DNA of 64,000 nucleotides. Origin: Candidatus Goldiibacteriota bacterium (GTDB lineage Bacteria > Oederibacteriota > PGYV01 > DYJU01). Made by a program: the position numbers and the translations under genes. Under the pieces are notes generated by a model, which was given only the letters and a program-made list of their open reading frames with translations, was not told the DNA's origin and ran no database searches. The stretch spans positions 7,790-71,789 of the forward strand of contig CALHNI010000006.1 of NCBI GenBank assembly GCA_938034975.1, given 5' to 3'. Below, in pieces: positions 20,109 to 31,400 of the stretch; positions within the stretch are counted from its first letter, which is position 1, and the number at the start of each line of letters is the position of its first letter.

Positions 20109-20316
20109 CGTAAAAACACATTATAAAATGCGTTTTTACGGAAATATAAAATATTTTTGGCTTTTTTGTTTAATAATTTTTTATTTTTATAGCACATTAC
20201 TTTGATTCACCTGTTTTTTAACTTTAAAAGCAAGTATACTCTTAAAATTCTTATTTGTTTATAAACCTTTTTATATTTTCTCTTTTTCCCTTAAAAACGC
20301 TAATGCGTTTTTCAGG
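20109..20316 (+). repeat. Double-hairpin intergenic repeat, copy C (same subfamily as F)
   Basis: 5' hairpin at 20109-20141, 3' hairpin at 20289-20316. Core is nearly identical to copy F (..atagcacattactttgattcacctgtttttta..). Confidence 0.85.
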
Positions 20317-20346
20317 TTATAATATTTAATTTATATAAAAATAATT

Positions 20347-21141
20347 TCATATAATAATAAGACTTAAAGCCATTATAGACATTCCAGATATAACACCTAA
20401 TATTTCTGTATGCCCTTCTCCATATTCTCTTGCTGTTGGTAATAATTCGTCAAAAGATATATAAATCATAATTCCTGAAACAAAAGCCATTACAACACCA
20501 AATAAATTTTGGTTCAAAAAAGGATATAGAATTATAAAACCGAAAAGTGCACCTGCTGGTTCTGCAAGTCCGGATAAAGCAGAATATAAAAATGCCTTTT
20601 TTTTATCGCCTGTGGAATTATATATAGGAACTGAAACCGATATCCCTTCTGGAATATTATGAATTGCAACTGCCATTGCTATTGTTAAACCAAGTCTTAA
20701 ATCAGAAGATGCAAAAACAAATGTGGCAAAACCTTCAGGGAAATTATGAAGCGTTATTGCAAATGCCGTAAATATTCCTGTCCTTAATAATTTTTTATGT
20801 TTATCAATTTCAGTATTAAATTTTAATTTTAATATGTCTTCTTTTTTTCTTGCTTCATGTGGATTTTGTGCCTGTGGAATTAATTTATCAATTAATGCAG
20901 ATAATGCAATTCCTGCTAAAAAAGAAATAAATGTTGCTATTTTCCCTGACAATTGATTTGAGCGTGGTATTATTTCTACTAATGAAATATATATCATAAC
21001 ACCAGCAGAAAAACCCATGCCAAAAGAAAGAAATTTATTTCCCCTGCTACCAAAGAAAAAAGCAATAACACTGCCTAAGGCAGTCGCAAATCCTGCCAAT
21101 AAAGCCAAAAACAATCCCTGAATTATATTATCCAATGGCAA
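20347..21141 (-). CDS. zupT: ZIP-family zinc transporter ZupT
   Basis: 8-TM profile, HNFPEG and HNIPEG motifs. Confidence 0.88.
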   Translation of the reverse strand: MPLDNIIQGLFLALLAGFATALGSVIAFFFGSRGNKFLSFGMGFSAGVMIYISLVEIIPRSNQLSGKIATFISFLAGIALSALIDKLIPQAQNPHEARKKEDILKLKFNTEIDKHKKLLRTGIFTAFAITLHNFPEGFATFVFASSDLRLGLTIAMAVAIHNIPEGISVSVPIYNSTGDKKKAFLYSALSGLAEPAGALFGFIILYPFLNQNLFGVVMAFVSGIMIYISFDELLPTAREYGEGHTEILGVISGMSIMALSLIII

Positions 21142-22234
21142 TTTTTTCCCCTTTAAATTTATTCTTTACTATAGATAATAGTTCCTGTTTTCCATTTATT
21201 TTATCCTGCCCCAATGCCCATATTATTACCCCTTTATAATTATTTTTTATTACGTAATCACATTTTTTTGATATAGATAATTTGTTATCAAAAGTTATTA
21301 TAATTTGTTTTTTCCTGTTTATTTTATAAGGTACGTATCTTTTTTTATCAAAAATTTCTTGCCACCCGTTTTTATTGTAAAATTTTTTTATATCCCTGTA
21401 TGAAACTGCATTTTCTTTATCTGAAGGTGTATTTTTATCATACAATTTTTTTACTTTATCAAATCTTCTGCCATAAAAAGAAAGTCCGGATAAAAGTTTG
21501 CTTTTATCAACTCCTTTTTCTTTTTCCCAGTATTTCATTGACCAGTCAATATAATCTTTACTTAACCCATCAAACCCAAAAAACAATGGAGAGTTATGCC
21601 CAGCCAAATCAGAATAAAAACCATAATAATCATAAGTCATAATATGCAAATAATCAAGATATTGATACATTTTTTTTATATCAAACCATCTACCAAAAAA
21701 ATCTATTCCTGGACATGCAATACTTAAATAATATGGCTCATTAAATTTATTTTTCCCTTTTTTATTCAAAATACATCTTAATTCTCTTATTAATTTTACA
21801 TAATTTTCACTATCTTTTTTTGACTCTGGAAACTCCCAGTCAATATCAAGACCATCTATATTATTTTCAACCACATAATCAGAAAGCCATTTAATAAACT
21901 GTTGCCTGTTATTTTTATCTGATACAATGTTTCTTATATTTTGGGTTTCTTTTTTATTTCCGCCACCAACAGATGCAATTACTCTGACATTAGTTAAATA
22001 TGTTTTATCTATAATTTGCTTTATAATCTGGGAATATTTATTTAAATCCTTTCTATATGTAGAAATAAAAGCAACTGCAATATGTGTTAATGCTGAAAAA
22101 TCTATATCATCTACTTTTAATATATTGGGATAAAACCATACCGGATAATAACCAACAACTATATTTTTTAAAAAATAGGCATTTTTATTCATAAACACCT
22201 CTTTACACTTTAAAAAATATGAAATTTTATTCAA
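21128..22234 (-). CDS. Glycoside hydrolase family 18 (chitinase-like) protein
   Basis: Catalytic motif DGLDIDWEFP (DxxDxDxE). No obvious signal peptide. The start may be the internal Met at 22192. Confidence 0.8.
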   Translation of the reverse strand: MNKISYFLKCKEVFMNKNAYFLKNIVVGYYPVWFYPNILKVDDIDFSALTHIAVAFISTYRKDLNKYSQIIKQIIDKTYLTNVRVIASVGGGNKKETQNIRNIVSDKNNRQQFIKWLSDYVVENNIDGLDIDWEFPESKKDSENYVKLIRELRCILNKKGKNKFNEPYYLSIACPGIDFFGRWFDIKKMYQYLDYLHIMTYDYYGFYSDLAGHNSPLFFGFDGLSKDYIDWSMKYWEKEKGVDKSKLLSGLSFYGRRFDKVKKLYDKNTPSDKENAVSYRDIKKFYNKNGWQEIFDKKRYVPYKINRKKQIIITFDNKLSISKKCDYVIKNNYKGVIIWALGQDKINGKQELLSIVKNKFKGEKIAIG

Positions 22235-23357
22235 AAATAAATGATAAAATTGATTTTTTTATATCAATTGCTTTTTCAGGACAAATTTCATGACAAACAA
22301 AACATCTTATACAATTATCATAATTACATTTTACACCTTTATTTTTTTCATATTTTAATGTTTTTGCCGGACATGCTTTTATGCATTTCAAACATCCTAT
22401 GCATTTCTTTTTATTAAAAACAGGCTTATTAACACCTATATTTTTTGCCAATTTATATAAAAAAGCAGGTATATTTGATTTTAGATCAGTAGCAGGCTCT
22501 TTTATTTTTATATATACATTTTCTATATTTTCACCTTTTACTTCATATTTTATATTTTTATTTTTTAAAATAAACTTTTTATAAACATTATTCGTATATA
22601 ACAAATCCTGATTAAGCCCTGTTATTTTTGCTGCTATATCGTCAACTTCAAAACCATTTATGCCTATTAATATTACACCCAACTTAACAGGTATTCCACC
22701 TGTCCCGGGGCCATTCCCTTCAACACCTAAAATTCCATCAACGATATTAAGATCCGGTTCTCTTGCTGAATAAACATCAACGAGCATTTTGGCAAATAGT
22801 TCTTTGTCTCGCCCGGCTTTTAAATGAAATTCAGGTTTTCTCATACCAGGCAAAATACCAAACATATTTTTTACACATAATGTTAAATACATAAGAGTAT
22901 GTGTTTTTAATTTAGGTAAATTAATAATTTTATCTACCTGTTTTATAATAGAATCAACCTTAATTTTCCTTAAAATAAATTTTGTTTTGCTTTCTATTTC
23001 AATTTCCTCCTTAAATTCCACCAAATTTACTTTTTCTTCATTTATTACAGACAACATACCATTTTTAAAAGCTGCTGATTTAAAGCTATTTCCCGGTGCG
23101 GGACTGTCTCCAATATATATTTTATCTGTTACTTTTTTTATTAATTTTATAATTGCTCTTAAAAATTCCGGATGGGTATTAATGCCAGTCTCCGGCGCAG
23201 AAGAAGAAAGCGAATTAACTTTGATCAGAACTTTTTCATTTTTTTTAATAAATTTCTCTATTCCGCCGGATAAAGATAAACCATTTTCTATTACACTTTG
23301 AATTTTTTCACTTGAATATTCATCACACTTTTTTATGATAACAACATTTTTCATCAT
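22227..23357 (-). CDS. DUF362-type protein with C-terminal 2x[4Fe-4S] ferredoxin domain
   Basis: C-terminal CIGCLKCIKACP and CIRCFVCHEICP motifs. The N-terminal region looks DUF362-like (recollection of family architecture). Confidence 0.65.
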   Translation of the reverse strand: MMKNVVIIKKCDEYSSEKIQSVIENGLSLSGGIEKFIKKNEKVLIKVNSLSSSAPETGINTHPEFLRAIIKLIKKVTDKIYIGDSPAPGNSFKSAAFKNGMLSVINEEKVNLVEFKEEIEIESKTKFILRKIKVDSIIKQVDKIINLPKLKTHTLMYLTLCVKNMFGILPGMRKPEFHLKAGRDKELFAKMLVDVYSAREPDLNIVDGILGVEGNGPGTGGIPVKLGVILIGINGFEVDDIAAKITGLNQDLLYTNNVYKKFILKNKNIKYEVKGENIENVYIKIKEPATDLKSNIPAFLYKLAKNIGVNKPVFNKKKCIGCLKCIKACPAKTLKYEKNKGVKCNYDNCIRCFVCHEICPEKAIDIKKSILSFIFE

Positions 23358-23722
23358 GTATCATCCTGAAACGCATCTTTTATTATCTCTATTTTTTTTA
23401 TTTTACCATTATCAACAATTACACCAACAACATCAAACCTTATAAAAGAATTAAACAGATTTTTTTTAAAAAGAAAACTCTTTGCAGCATTTATAATTTT
23501 TTTTTGTTTATATATGTCAACAGCTTCAAATGGATTTATATTTGATTTTGCTTCTCTTGCTTTTACTTCAATAAAAGTAATTACTTCGCCATCTTTACCT
23601 ATTATATCAACTTCACCAGCTTTTGTAAAATAATTTCTCTTTAAAATCTTATATTTGTTTTTTTTTAAAAAATCAGTAACAGCGGCTTCATAAAAATTTC
23701 CTGTTTTTCTTCTATTTTGCAT
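23354..23722 (-). CDS. yraN: YraN-family (UPF0102) endonuclease-like protein
   Basis: GEVDIIG..ITFIEVKAR motif, and the usual position next to rnhB. Confidence 0.8.
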   Translation of the reverse strand: MQNRRKTGNFYEAAVTDFLKKNKYKILKRNYFTKAGEVDIIGKDGEVITFIEVKAREAKSNINPFEAVDIYKQKKIINAAKSFLFKKNLFNSFIRFDVVGVIVDNGKIKKIEIIKDAFQDDT

Positions 23723-24346
23723 TCACATACCTTTTTCAATTATTTTCTTTACAGGCTTATATGTTTTTCTATGTATGGGGCATATTCCAAATTTTAAAAG
23801 TGCTTGAACATGATCTTTTGTTCCATATCCTTTGTGTTTACCAAAATCATAGTGAGGATATATCTTATCATAAAACCGCATAAGTTTATCTCTGTGAACT
23901 TTTGCTATTATAGAAGCAGCTGCTATTGATAAACTCTTTGCATCGCCGTCTTTAATGCATTTTATAATTTTATCTTTAATATCAGGTTTATTTGTCCCAT
24001 CAATCAGAACAATATCAAATGGTTCTTTTAATTTTTCTATGCATTTTTTCATAGCAAGCATTGTTGCCTGCAATATATTAATTTCATCAATCAAATTATG
24101 TGAAACTTCGGCAATTGAATATGTATGACAGTTATTTATTATTACATCATATAATTTTTCTCTTTTTACTTCTGAAATTTTTTTTGAATCGCGAATATCT
24201 TTATATAAATCAACCTTTGAAAAATCTAAAATAACAGCTGCGGCAACAACTGGTCCTGCCCATGGTCCCCTGCCTGCTTCATCAACTCCGACAATTACAT
24301 TGCCGAATCTTTTATCAAATTCATAAAGAGAATAAAAATCATTCAT
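23723..24346 (-). CDS. rnhB: Ribonuclease HII
   Basis: VGVDEAGRGPWAGPVV active-site motif. Confidence 0.93.
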   Translation of the reverse strand: MNDFYSLYEFDKRFGNVIVGVDEAGRGPWAGPVVAAAVILDFSKVDLYKDIRDSKKISEVKREKLYDVIINNCHTYSIAEVSHNLIDEINILQATMLAMKKCIEKLKEPFDIVLIDGTNKPDIKDKIIKCIKDGDAKSLSIAAASIIAKVHRDKLMRFYDKIYPHYDFGKHKGYGTKDHVQALLKFGICPIHRKTYKPVKKIIEKGM

Positions 24347-24354
24347 AATTATTT

Positions 24355-24600
24355 TTAATGCTTAATTTTATCCTTTTTATCTGTATAATAATCTTCCATC
24401 AAATAGTTATTATCATACAATGAATCATTATCCGTAATTTCAAACTGATTCTTTGATTTAATACTTTTTTTAATCAATTCAATTTCAATTTTTTCTAAAA
24501 TTGTTTTTTCAACAAATTCATTTATCTCTATATTTTGTTCTTTACAAAATTTTTCAAGTTTTTTATAAGTTTCATTTCTTAGCATCATTTTTATTAGCAT
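24355..24600 (-). CDS. Small hypothetical protein, possible ribbon-helix-helix fold
   Basis: N-terminal LRNETYKKLEKFCKEQNIEINEFVEKTILEKIE resembles a CopG/RHH layout. Overlaps the rsfS 3' end. Confidence 0.4.
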   Translation of the reverse strand: MLIKMMLRNETYKKLEKFCKEQNIEINEFVEKTILEKIEIELIKKSIKSKNQFEITDNDSLYDNNYLMEDYYTDKKDKIKH

Positions 24601-24967
24601 TTTTTACTCCTTTTTTTGGCGTTAAAAATTTTTTTAATTTTTCTTCTTTTTCCCCCCATAATTTTTCTATGGAATAAAATAAACGCGTTTCCTTGTCAAA
24701 AATATGGACAAGAATCTCGCCAAAATCAAGAACAATCCAGTTCTTAAACTCTCCTGTATCTTTATAAAATATTTTAAAACCATACTTTGCCATTTCTTCA
24801 TCCATGTAATTATAAAGTGAACGCAAATGAGGTTCAGAAAGTGCAGTGGCTATGATAAAATAATCCCATATATCTGAATTTTCTTTCACATTAAAAATTT
24901 TTATATCATGTGCTTTTTTGTCTGATAAAACTTTAAGAATTTTTTGAACTTTTTTATTTACTTTCAT
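24572..24967 (-). CDS. rsfS: Ribosome silencing factor RsfS (Iojap)
   Basis: Size and motifs (..DYFIIATA.S..H...L.. W.V.DFG...VH.F) are typical of the RsfS family. Confidence 0.8.
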   Translation of the reverse strand: MKVNKKVQKILKVLSDKKAHDIKIFNVKENSDIWDYFIIATALSEPHLRSLYNYMDEEMAKYGFKIFYKDTGEFKNWIVLDFGEILVHIFDKETRLFYSIEKLWGEKEEKLKKFLTPKKGVKNANKNDAKK

Positions 24968-25668
24968 TTTGCCGCTCCAAATTTAAATAGTAAAATTCCT
25001 ATATTTTCCTTTTGTTCAGCATCAGGTGGCAATGCTTCAAATTGAAGACTTCTCGCCTGGGTTACCGCCATGTTATCAAGTTCAGGATAACCTGATGTTC
25101 TTACCAATTTTACATATTTAATAATACCATTTGGTAAAACAGAAATTTCAATTGCAAGTTCAGTTTCTTCCGGCAGTTTAGGCGGAAACTTCCACTGGAT
25201 TTTTTTATACTTTCTAGTTGCAAGATCACCTGAAATTGACGGCTGACTACCGGCAATTACCTCTCCACCTGTTTCTTCTGCAAAATCTTCAACTACTTCT
25301 TCTTTTTCTCCATCAGATAAATCCTTTAAATTTTCCCTTGTAATACCTAAATTTAACTTTAACTTTTCTCTTTCAATCTTTTCAAGTAAACTTTTTGTAT
25401 CAACTATCTGATTGTCAGATTTTTTTGCTCGTTCCTGTTTCTTTTTTACTGTTTCTGCAATTGTTTTTTGTTTTTTTTCAATGCCAATTGTTTTTTCTTC
25501 TTCGCCTTTTTGTCCTAAATATTCTTTTGCTTCAATTAAAGTTATATCTGTAATTAATGCAACTCTCTTTGGTTCAGTTTTAAAAACGCCAAGTGATAAA
25601 ATAAAGATCAATAAAGAATGAAATAAAACAGAAAATAAAAAAGAAGTTATATCTATTTTATCTGCCAT
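24964..25668 (-). CDS. TonB/TolA-like energy transducer
   Basis: N-terminal TM anchor with SHSL, charged linker, C-terminal TonB-like domain. Follows exbB-exbD. Confidence 0.7.
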   Translation of the reverse strand: MADKIDITSFLFSVLFHSLLIFILSLGVFKTEPKRVALITDITLIEAKEYLGQKGEEEKTIGIEKKQKTIAETVKKKQERAKKSDNQIVDTKSLLEKIEREKLKLNLGITRENLKDLSDGEKEEVVEDFAEETGGEVIAGSQPSISGDLATRKYKKIQWKFPPKLPEETELAIEISVLPNGIIKYVKLVRTSGYPELDNMAVTQARSLQFEALPPDAEQKENIGILLFKFGAAK

Positions 25669-25670
25669 AA

Positions 25671-26102
25671 TTATTTTTTAATTTCTTCTTTCATTTCTTC
25701 TGGAATTGTGCTTATTGCGAGTTTTTCAGCACCTGCATTTTTGGCTATACCCATGACTTTTACCACTGTCCCATGAAAAGTTGATTTGTCTGCTTCAATA
25801 ATAACTTTTTTTTCATTGGATAATAACAATAACTTTTTTAACTCTTCAGAAAGAACATTTTCATCAAAAATTTCTTTCCCATTTAAATATGTTTTTCCGT
25901 CAGCCGTTATTCCTATTATGATTAATTTCTCAGGATTCTGATCTGATGGAGCATTGGCAGATGGAAGATTTATTTTTATATTTCCCTGCATTATAAATGG
26001 GGTTGTTACCATAAAAATTATCAAAAGAACAAGCATAACATCAGTAAGTGGTGTTATATTTATGTCTGTTATTATCTTTTCTCTTTCCCTTTTTTTAATC
26101 AT
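25671..26102 (-). CDS. exbD: Biopolymer transport protein ExbD/TolR
   Basis: INITPLTDVMLVLLIIFM motif. Confidence 0.88.
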   Translation of the reverse strand: MIKKREREKIITDINITPLTDVMLVLLIIFMVTTPFIMQGNIKINLPSANAPSDQNPEKLIIIGITADGKTYLNGKEIFDENVLSEELKKLLLLSNEKKVIIEADKSTFHGTVVKVMGIAKNAGAEKLAISTIPEEMKEEIKK

Positions 26103-26108
26103 TATTTT

Positions 26109-26729
26109 TCAAACCTCATCCAAAATATCTATTAATTCTGATGCTGCATTTATTGCTTCTGTTTCTATGTTGTCAATTGTCCTTACAAAAAAGTTATATG
26201 CAATAACAGCTGGCACTGCTACAAAAAGCCCAACCGCTGTTGCAACAAGCGCCTCTGCAATACCATTTGCAACAACAGAAGGACCACCACCTGATGATAA
26301 AGCAAGATCTTTAAATGCCCTTATTATACCCAAAACAGTTCCAAATAAACCTATAAATGGAGACACATTTCCTATTGAGCCTAAAACACCCAGATATCTT
26401 TGCATTCTTTCTGATTCATAATTTAATGCCCGCTGCATAGCATTTTCTATTTTTTCTTTTTCTTTGCTTTCACATATTAATCCTTCTCTTATAACAGAAC
26501 TAACAGGACCTGGAGTTAACTGACATAAACTTAAAGCACCTTCCTTGTCTTTTTTAAGCAGCAATTTTCTTATCTTGTTCATAAACTCTTTAGTATCAAT
26601 GCGTATTTTGGAAAATCTTATTGCCCTTTCTATTATTATCCACCAGGAAATTATTGATATTATTAAAAGCACTATTACTGTTATTCCTCCTTTTAATAAC
26701 ATCTGCCAGAAATTCAATTCTGAAAACAT
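26109..26729 (-). CDS. exbB: MotA/TolQ/ExbB proton channel protein
   Basis: 3 TM segments and the motif ..PFIGLFGTVLGI..AF... Confidence 0.88.
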   Translation of the reverse strand: MFSELNFWQMLLKGGITVIVLLIISIISWWIIIERAIRFSKIRIDTKEFMNKIRKLLLKKDKEGALSLCQLTPGPVSSVIREGLICESKEKEKIENAMQRALNYESERMQRYLGVLGSIGNVSPFIGLFGTVLGIIRAFKDLALSSGGGPSVVANGIAEALVATAVGLFVAVPAVIAYNFFVRTIDNIETEAINAASELIDILDEV

Positions 26730-26743
26730 TTAAAATTACCTCC

Positions 26744-28438
26744 TTAAAATTTTATTATAGAACCTATACCTAAATTTAAATTTTTTTCCTTGTAATAATA
26801 TAACAGATAATTTGTATTATTCAATAAATTATTTATATAACCAAATAAAGAAAAATTTTTATTTATATTTTTGGTAAGGAGTAAATCTGTTTTTAAATAA
26901 GGTAAAATTAAATTATCCGTTGTTCCGTATTGAACCGTTGCTCCATAAGTATGTATATCAAATTCCCAGTCAGATAATTTTAAATTAAGTGAAAATTTAA
27001 GTGAACTTTTCGGCAAATAAGTTATACAGGCACCTTTTTTAATTATATCATTAAATTCATAAATTGTAAAAAAATTAATGTATGGGTTGCTTATAGTTTC
27101 AATCTTTATACCTGAAAACCAGAAAGCAACATCCCTGTTATAAAAAGAAAATATATGAGTTTTTTCAATTTCATCAAGAACTATAAAATCCCTGATATTT
27201 TTATATCCATAATATATTTTGCTATTTAAGTTTAAAATATTTAAGTTTATACCTGTTTCAATATTTACACTGTCAAATGATGGTTTTAAATTTTCATCAG
27301 GAACCAGAAATGGTTTATTAGCATTTTTTATATAATCCGGAACATCCATCTGTGGTTTAAAAATACCATATATTGAAAAAACTGGAAAAATATCATAATT
27401 TATACTAAAAAAAGGACTTGCTCTGAAGTAGTTTGTTTTAAAATTAAAATTTTGCAATCTTATTCCGCCATGAAAAACTATTTTTTCAAAACAAAAAATT
27501 CCCTTTAATAAAACATCTATATTATAACTACCTATAATTTCTTTATCAAAAAGGAAAATATTTGATATAAAATAAAAAATTTCAGATACGAATTTAACTT
27601 TATTTCCTTCTTTAAATAAAAAATCTTTTGAAAAATCTATATTGTTTGTAAACCTGTTTTCTTTATATATATATGTGTTATCCCCTTTGCTTTGTGAAAA
27701 ATAATTATATTTTAATTTAAAAGATAACACATAATCCATTATTTCTGTTGAAAAATCGGCATTTGCATTAATATCATCTAATAAATATAAATTTTTAAAA
27801 AAGTTATCCGGATATGGATTCTCAAACCTTAAAAAATTAATTTTTAACCCATAAATAGCATTTAAAAAATCATATTTGGTTTTAAACAAAGTAAAAATTT
27901 CGTTTGTATTTACTGCCGTTATTCTGTCATTTATTATTTCGTTTTTATAACTATTATGTAAAACATCAAGAACTATATCTGAATTTTCATCAAGTATACT
28001 GCCTAAAATTCCTTCTGCAAAAATATTTCCATAAGTGCCTATTGCTATTTTTAATTTACCGCTTAAAGACTTTTCTATATTTATTTCTTTTTTATGTGGC
28101 ATAATTTTTTCTTCTTTTACATATTGTTCTGGTAAAAATATTTTTTCTTTTTCATATAGTATATTTTTTACCTCCTGAAGGTTCTCTAAAAGCCGCATTT
28201 CCCGGTTTAACATAATTTTAGTATCTATCTGTCCCTTTATAACAATTTCCGGAACTTTAAAATCAAATCCTTCGCCTTTTTTTATTTCAAGAGTATTTCC
28301 CTCTTTATCCGTTACAAATTTCCCTTTTTCATAATGCTTTGTCTCTAAAATATCTGAAATACCTTCATCTTCTTCCCTGGAAAAAACTGGTAAAATTATT
28401 AACACAAAAACAATTATAAAAAAAATTATCCTCTTCAT
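26744..28438 (-). CDS. Hypothetical outer-membrane beta-barrel protein
   Basis: Signal peptide, alternating aromatic/polar pattern, C-terminal ..GIGSIIKF (terminal Phe). Confidence 0.55.
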   Translation of the reverse strand: MKRIIFFIIVFVLIILPVFSREEDEGISDILETKHYEKGKFVTDKEGNTLEIKKGEGFDFKVPEIVIKGQIDTKIMLNREMRLLENLQEVKNILYEKEKIFLPEQYVKEEKIMPHKKEINIEKSLSGKLKIAIGTYGNIFAEGILGSILDENSDIVLDVLHNSYKNEIINDRITAVNTNEIFTLFKTKYDFLNAIYGLKINFLRFENPYPDNFFKNLYLLDDINANADFSTEIMDYVLSFKLKYNYFSQSKGDNTYIYKENRFTNNIDFSKDFLFKEGNKVKFVSEIFYFISNIFLFDKEIIGSYNIDVLLKGIFCFEKIVFHGGIRLQNFNFKTNYFRASPFFSINYDIFPVFSIYGIFKPQMDVPDYIKNANKPFLVPDENLKPSFDSVNIETGINLNILNLNSKIYYGYKNIRDFIVLDEIEKTHIFSFYNRDVAFWFSGIKIETISNPYINFFTIYEFNDIIKKGACITYLPKSSLKFSLNLKLSDWEFDIHTYGATVQYGTTDNLILPYLKTDLLLTKNINKNFSLFGYINNLLNNTNYLLYYYKEKNLNLGIGSIIKF

Positions 28439-31400
28439 TTTTCTTTACCTTTGCTTTTCTCTTTGCTTTTTACTTTTCCTTGTTCCTTTACTGGATTTAA
28501 AATTTTATGTTGCTCCTGTAATAATTCAATCTTTTTCTTTGCATAATCAATATACTTTTTATTTTTTGTAATTTCCGGAATTTTTTTATAGGTTGATATT
28601 GCCTTTGTTAAATTACCCTGTGCTTCATAAATTTTTCCTGCCGAATCAAGGGCTGTTATAACCCACATTTCCTCATTTTTAAAATTTTTATAAAGAGTTA
28701 AATACTCATCTGCCGCTTTATCAGACTCTCCTTTCAAATAATAAGAATCTCCTATCCAGAATTGGGCTTCAGCGGCTTTTGCCATTTTCATTGCAACCAC
28801 TTTTCTGAAATATTTGATTGCTTCATCATAATTTTTTTCATCCTGAAAAATATAACCCAGATTCATAAGACTCCGCTCAACAAGTTTTAAATTCTTTCCT
28901 TTTTCAATGAGTTTATTATACCAGTTTTTTGCTTCATCAATATTTCCTAATCTTTTATTGGAAATCGCAATATTAAAATATGCATCATCTATATATTTGG
29001 AATCGTTAAACTTTTCTACTATAACTTTAAAATTTTCAATGGCTGCATTATACTCTCTTAATTTATAATAAGCAGTTCCGAGTTTAAAAACAGTTTTATC
29101 ATAAAAATCAGTATTCTGATATTTTTTTAATAACTCTTTCCAGATATTTACTGCTTCATAATATTTTGATAAATTATAATATGATATTCCAAGCCAATAA
29201 TATGCATTAGCGCTTAAATTATTCTCAGGGTATTTTTCAATGAATTCCGTAAATTCCTTTATTGCTGTATCATATTTTCCGACATTATAATAATGCTCTG
29301 CAATTCTGTATTTTATTTCTGGAGCAAAACTACTTCCCTTATATTTTTCAATAAATTCCCTGGAAAGTTCCACCGCTTTATCAAATTCCCCAAGTTGATA
29401 ATAACTCCATTGCACTCCATATAAAGCATCAGAGACAGCGTAATGGTCAGGATATTTTTCTACTAAATTTTTATATTGTGTAATTGCATTTTCATATTCC
29501 CCTGAATTATAATAACAATCCCCGGTTTTTAATAAAGCTTCCTGATAATAATGAGTATCTTTATAATCTCTGATTATTCTGTCAAATGCGTCTTTCGCCT
29601 GAGAAAACCGATTCATTCTAAAATATGCCCAGCCAATTCTGAATAAACTTTCTGCTTTTCTTACCCTATCCTTTGCTTTAATCTCAAATTCTTTCCATAG
29701 TTTTATTGCGTTTTCAAACTCTTCTTTCCTGTAATAACAAAGGGCAGAATAAAAAATTGATTCAAGTTTTATTTTTTCATCTATATTACTTTCTGTCAGG
29801 ATATTTTGATATATATTCAAAGCATCATTAAATTTGTAATCGCAATAAAGCATATTGGCAATCATGAATTTTGAATTTAATTTCATATCATTTTGTGTTG
29901 CAATCTGTCTTGCGTATTCAAACATGTTGATAGCATTTTTATAATCTTCTTTTTTATAAAAAATCCACCCCTTTGCATAATATGCTTCTGCTGTAATATC
30001 AGGATAATTTTTCTTTTCTTTAATAATTTCATTATAAATATTATCTGCTTCATCCAACATATTTAACTCATAATAATTATCAGCAATTTTTAATTTGGTT
30101 TTTAATTTAAACTCATAGGAAACATCTTTGGTAAGCAAATCACTATAAATATCTATTGCTTTTTTATATTCACCTTCTTTTGATAGACACCAGGCAATTA
30201 AATACTGCGCATTATATTCTTCTGATAAAAATTTATTTTTTATTTCTTCATAAATTTCCCTTGCTGCTATATAACGTTGCATTTTAATATTTATTTCTCC
30301 AAGCATATAATACGCTGCCTTTTTTAAATCTTCTATTTCATATTTTTCAATAATTTCCTTAAGCATATTTATACTTTCCGAATATTCTCCGATTTTAAAA
30401 TAATAAAAGGCAAGGGCATATTCAGAATATGCAGCCGGAATTGTATCCGGATTTTCATTTAATACATTTTTAAATTGCTCTACTGCTTTATCATTTTTAT
30501 TTAATGCTTCAAAACATAGCCCCTTTTTATATTTTGACCATATCCCAAGAATTTCATCTGTAAAATCCTTTATAATTTCATCATAAATCTGCATGGATTT
30601 ATTATAATCTTCCATCATAAAATAATTCCATGCAAGATAATACTTGAGAATATTTTTTATTTTTATATTATTTTCTGTTTTTAATAAATTATTTATTAAA
30701 AAAATTGCCTTGTTGTAATCTTCCAGCGCATAATAAACATTTGCTTCTCTGAAATATACATAATTTAAAATCCTACTCTGTGGAAATTCTTTTTTTATTT
30801 TATTAAAATAAGAAATACTTTTTTCAGCAAGGTCTTTCCTGTCTTTTTTTTCTGTTGTAAAAATTTTTTCATAATATATTCTGCCTGAAAGATAATATAC
30901 ATAATCAAGAAATTCATAATTATCCACCTGTTCCAATTTATTAAGCATATTAAGCGCATCATCAAATTTATCAAGAAGAAAAAGATTTTCTGCCTTTAAA
31001 AGATAAGCATTTTTTATCAAATAACCATTTGGAAATTGTTCTATCATATTATCCAGATACCTTAAACTCTCAGTATAATTTTTTAATTGAAAATAATTAT
31101 CTGCAAGCATGTAATAAATCTTTTCTTTGTATTTGGTTTTTGTATCAGGATATTGTTCAAGAATTGAAAGATAAAGGTTGATTGATTTTTTGTATTCACC
31201 AAGATTATTTTTATTTTCCGCATTAAAAAAAATTGCTTCATTATTAAATAAATATTTTTTTTCCTCGTTTATATAATTTTCCAATAATGTCTCTGAAAAT
31301 TTATACTTTTCATCTTCATAAAATTCTTTTCCAATATCATAAATTCTGATTTGGTTTTCCTGTCTTTTATCAAAAAATCCGATTAAATTATTATTCTGAA

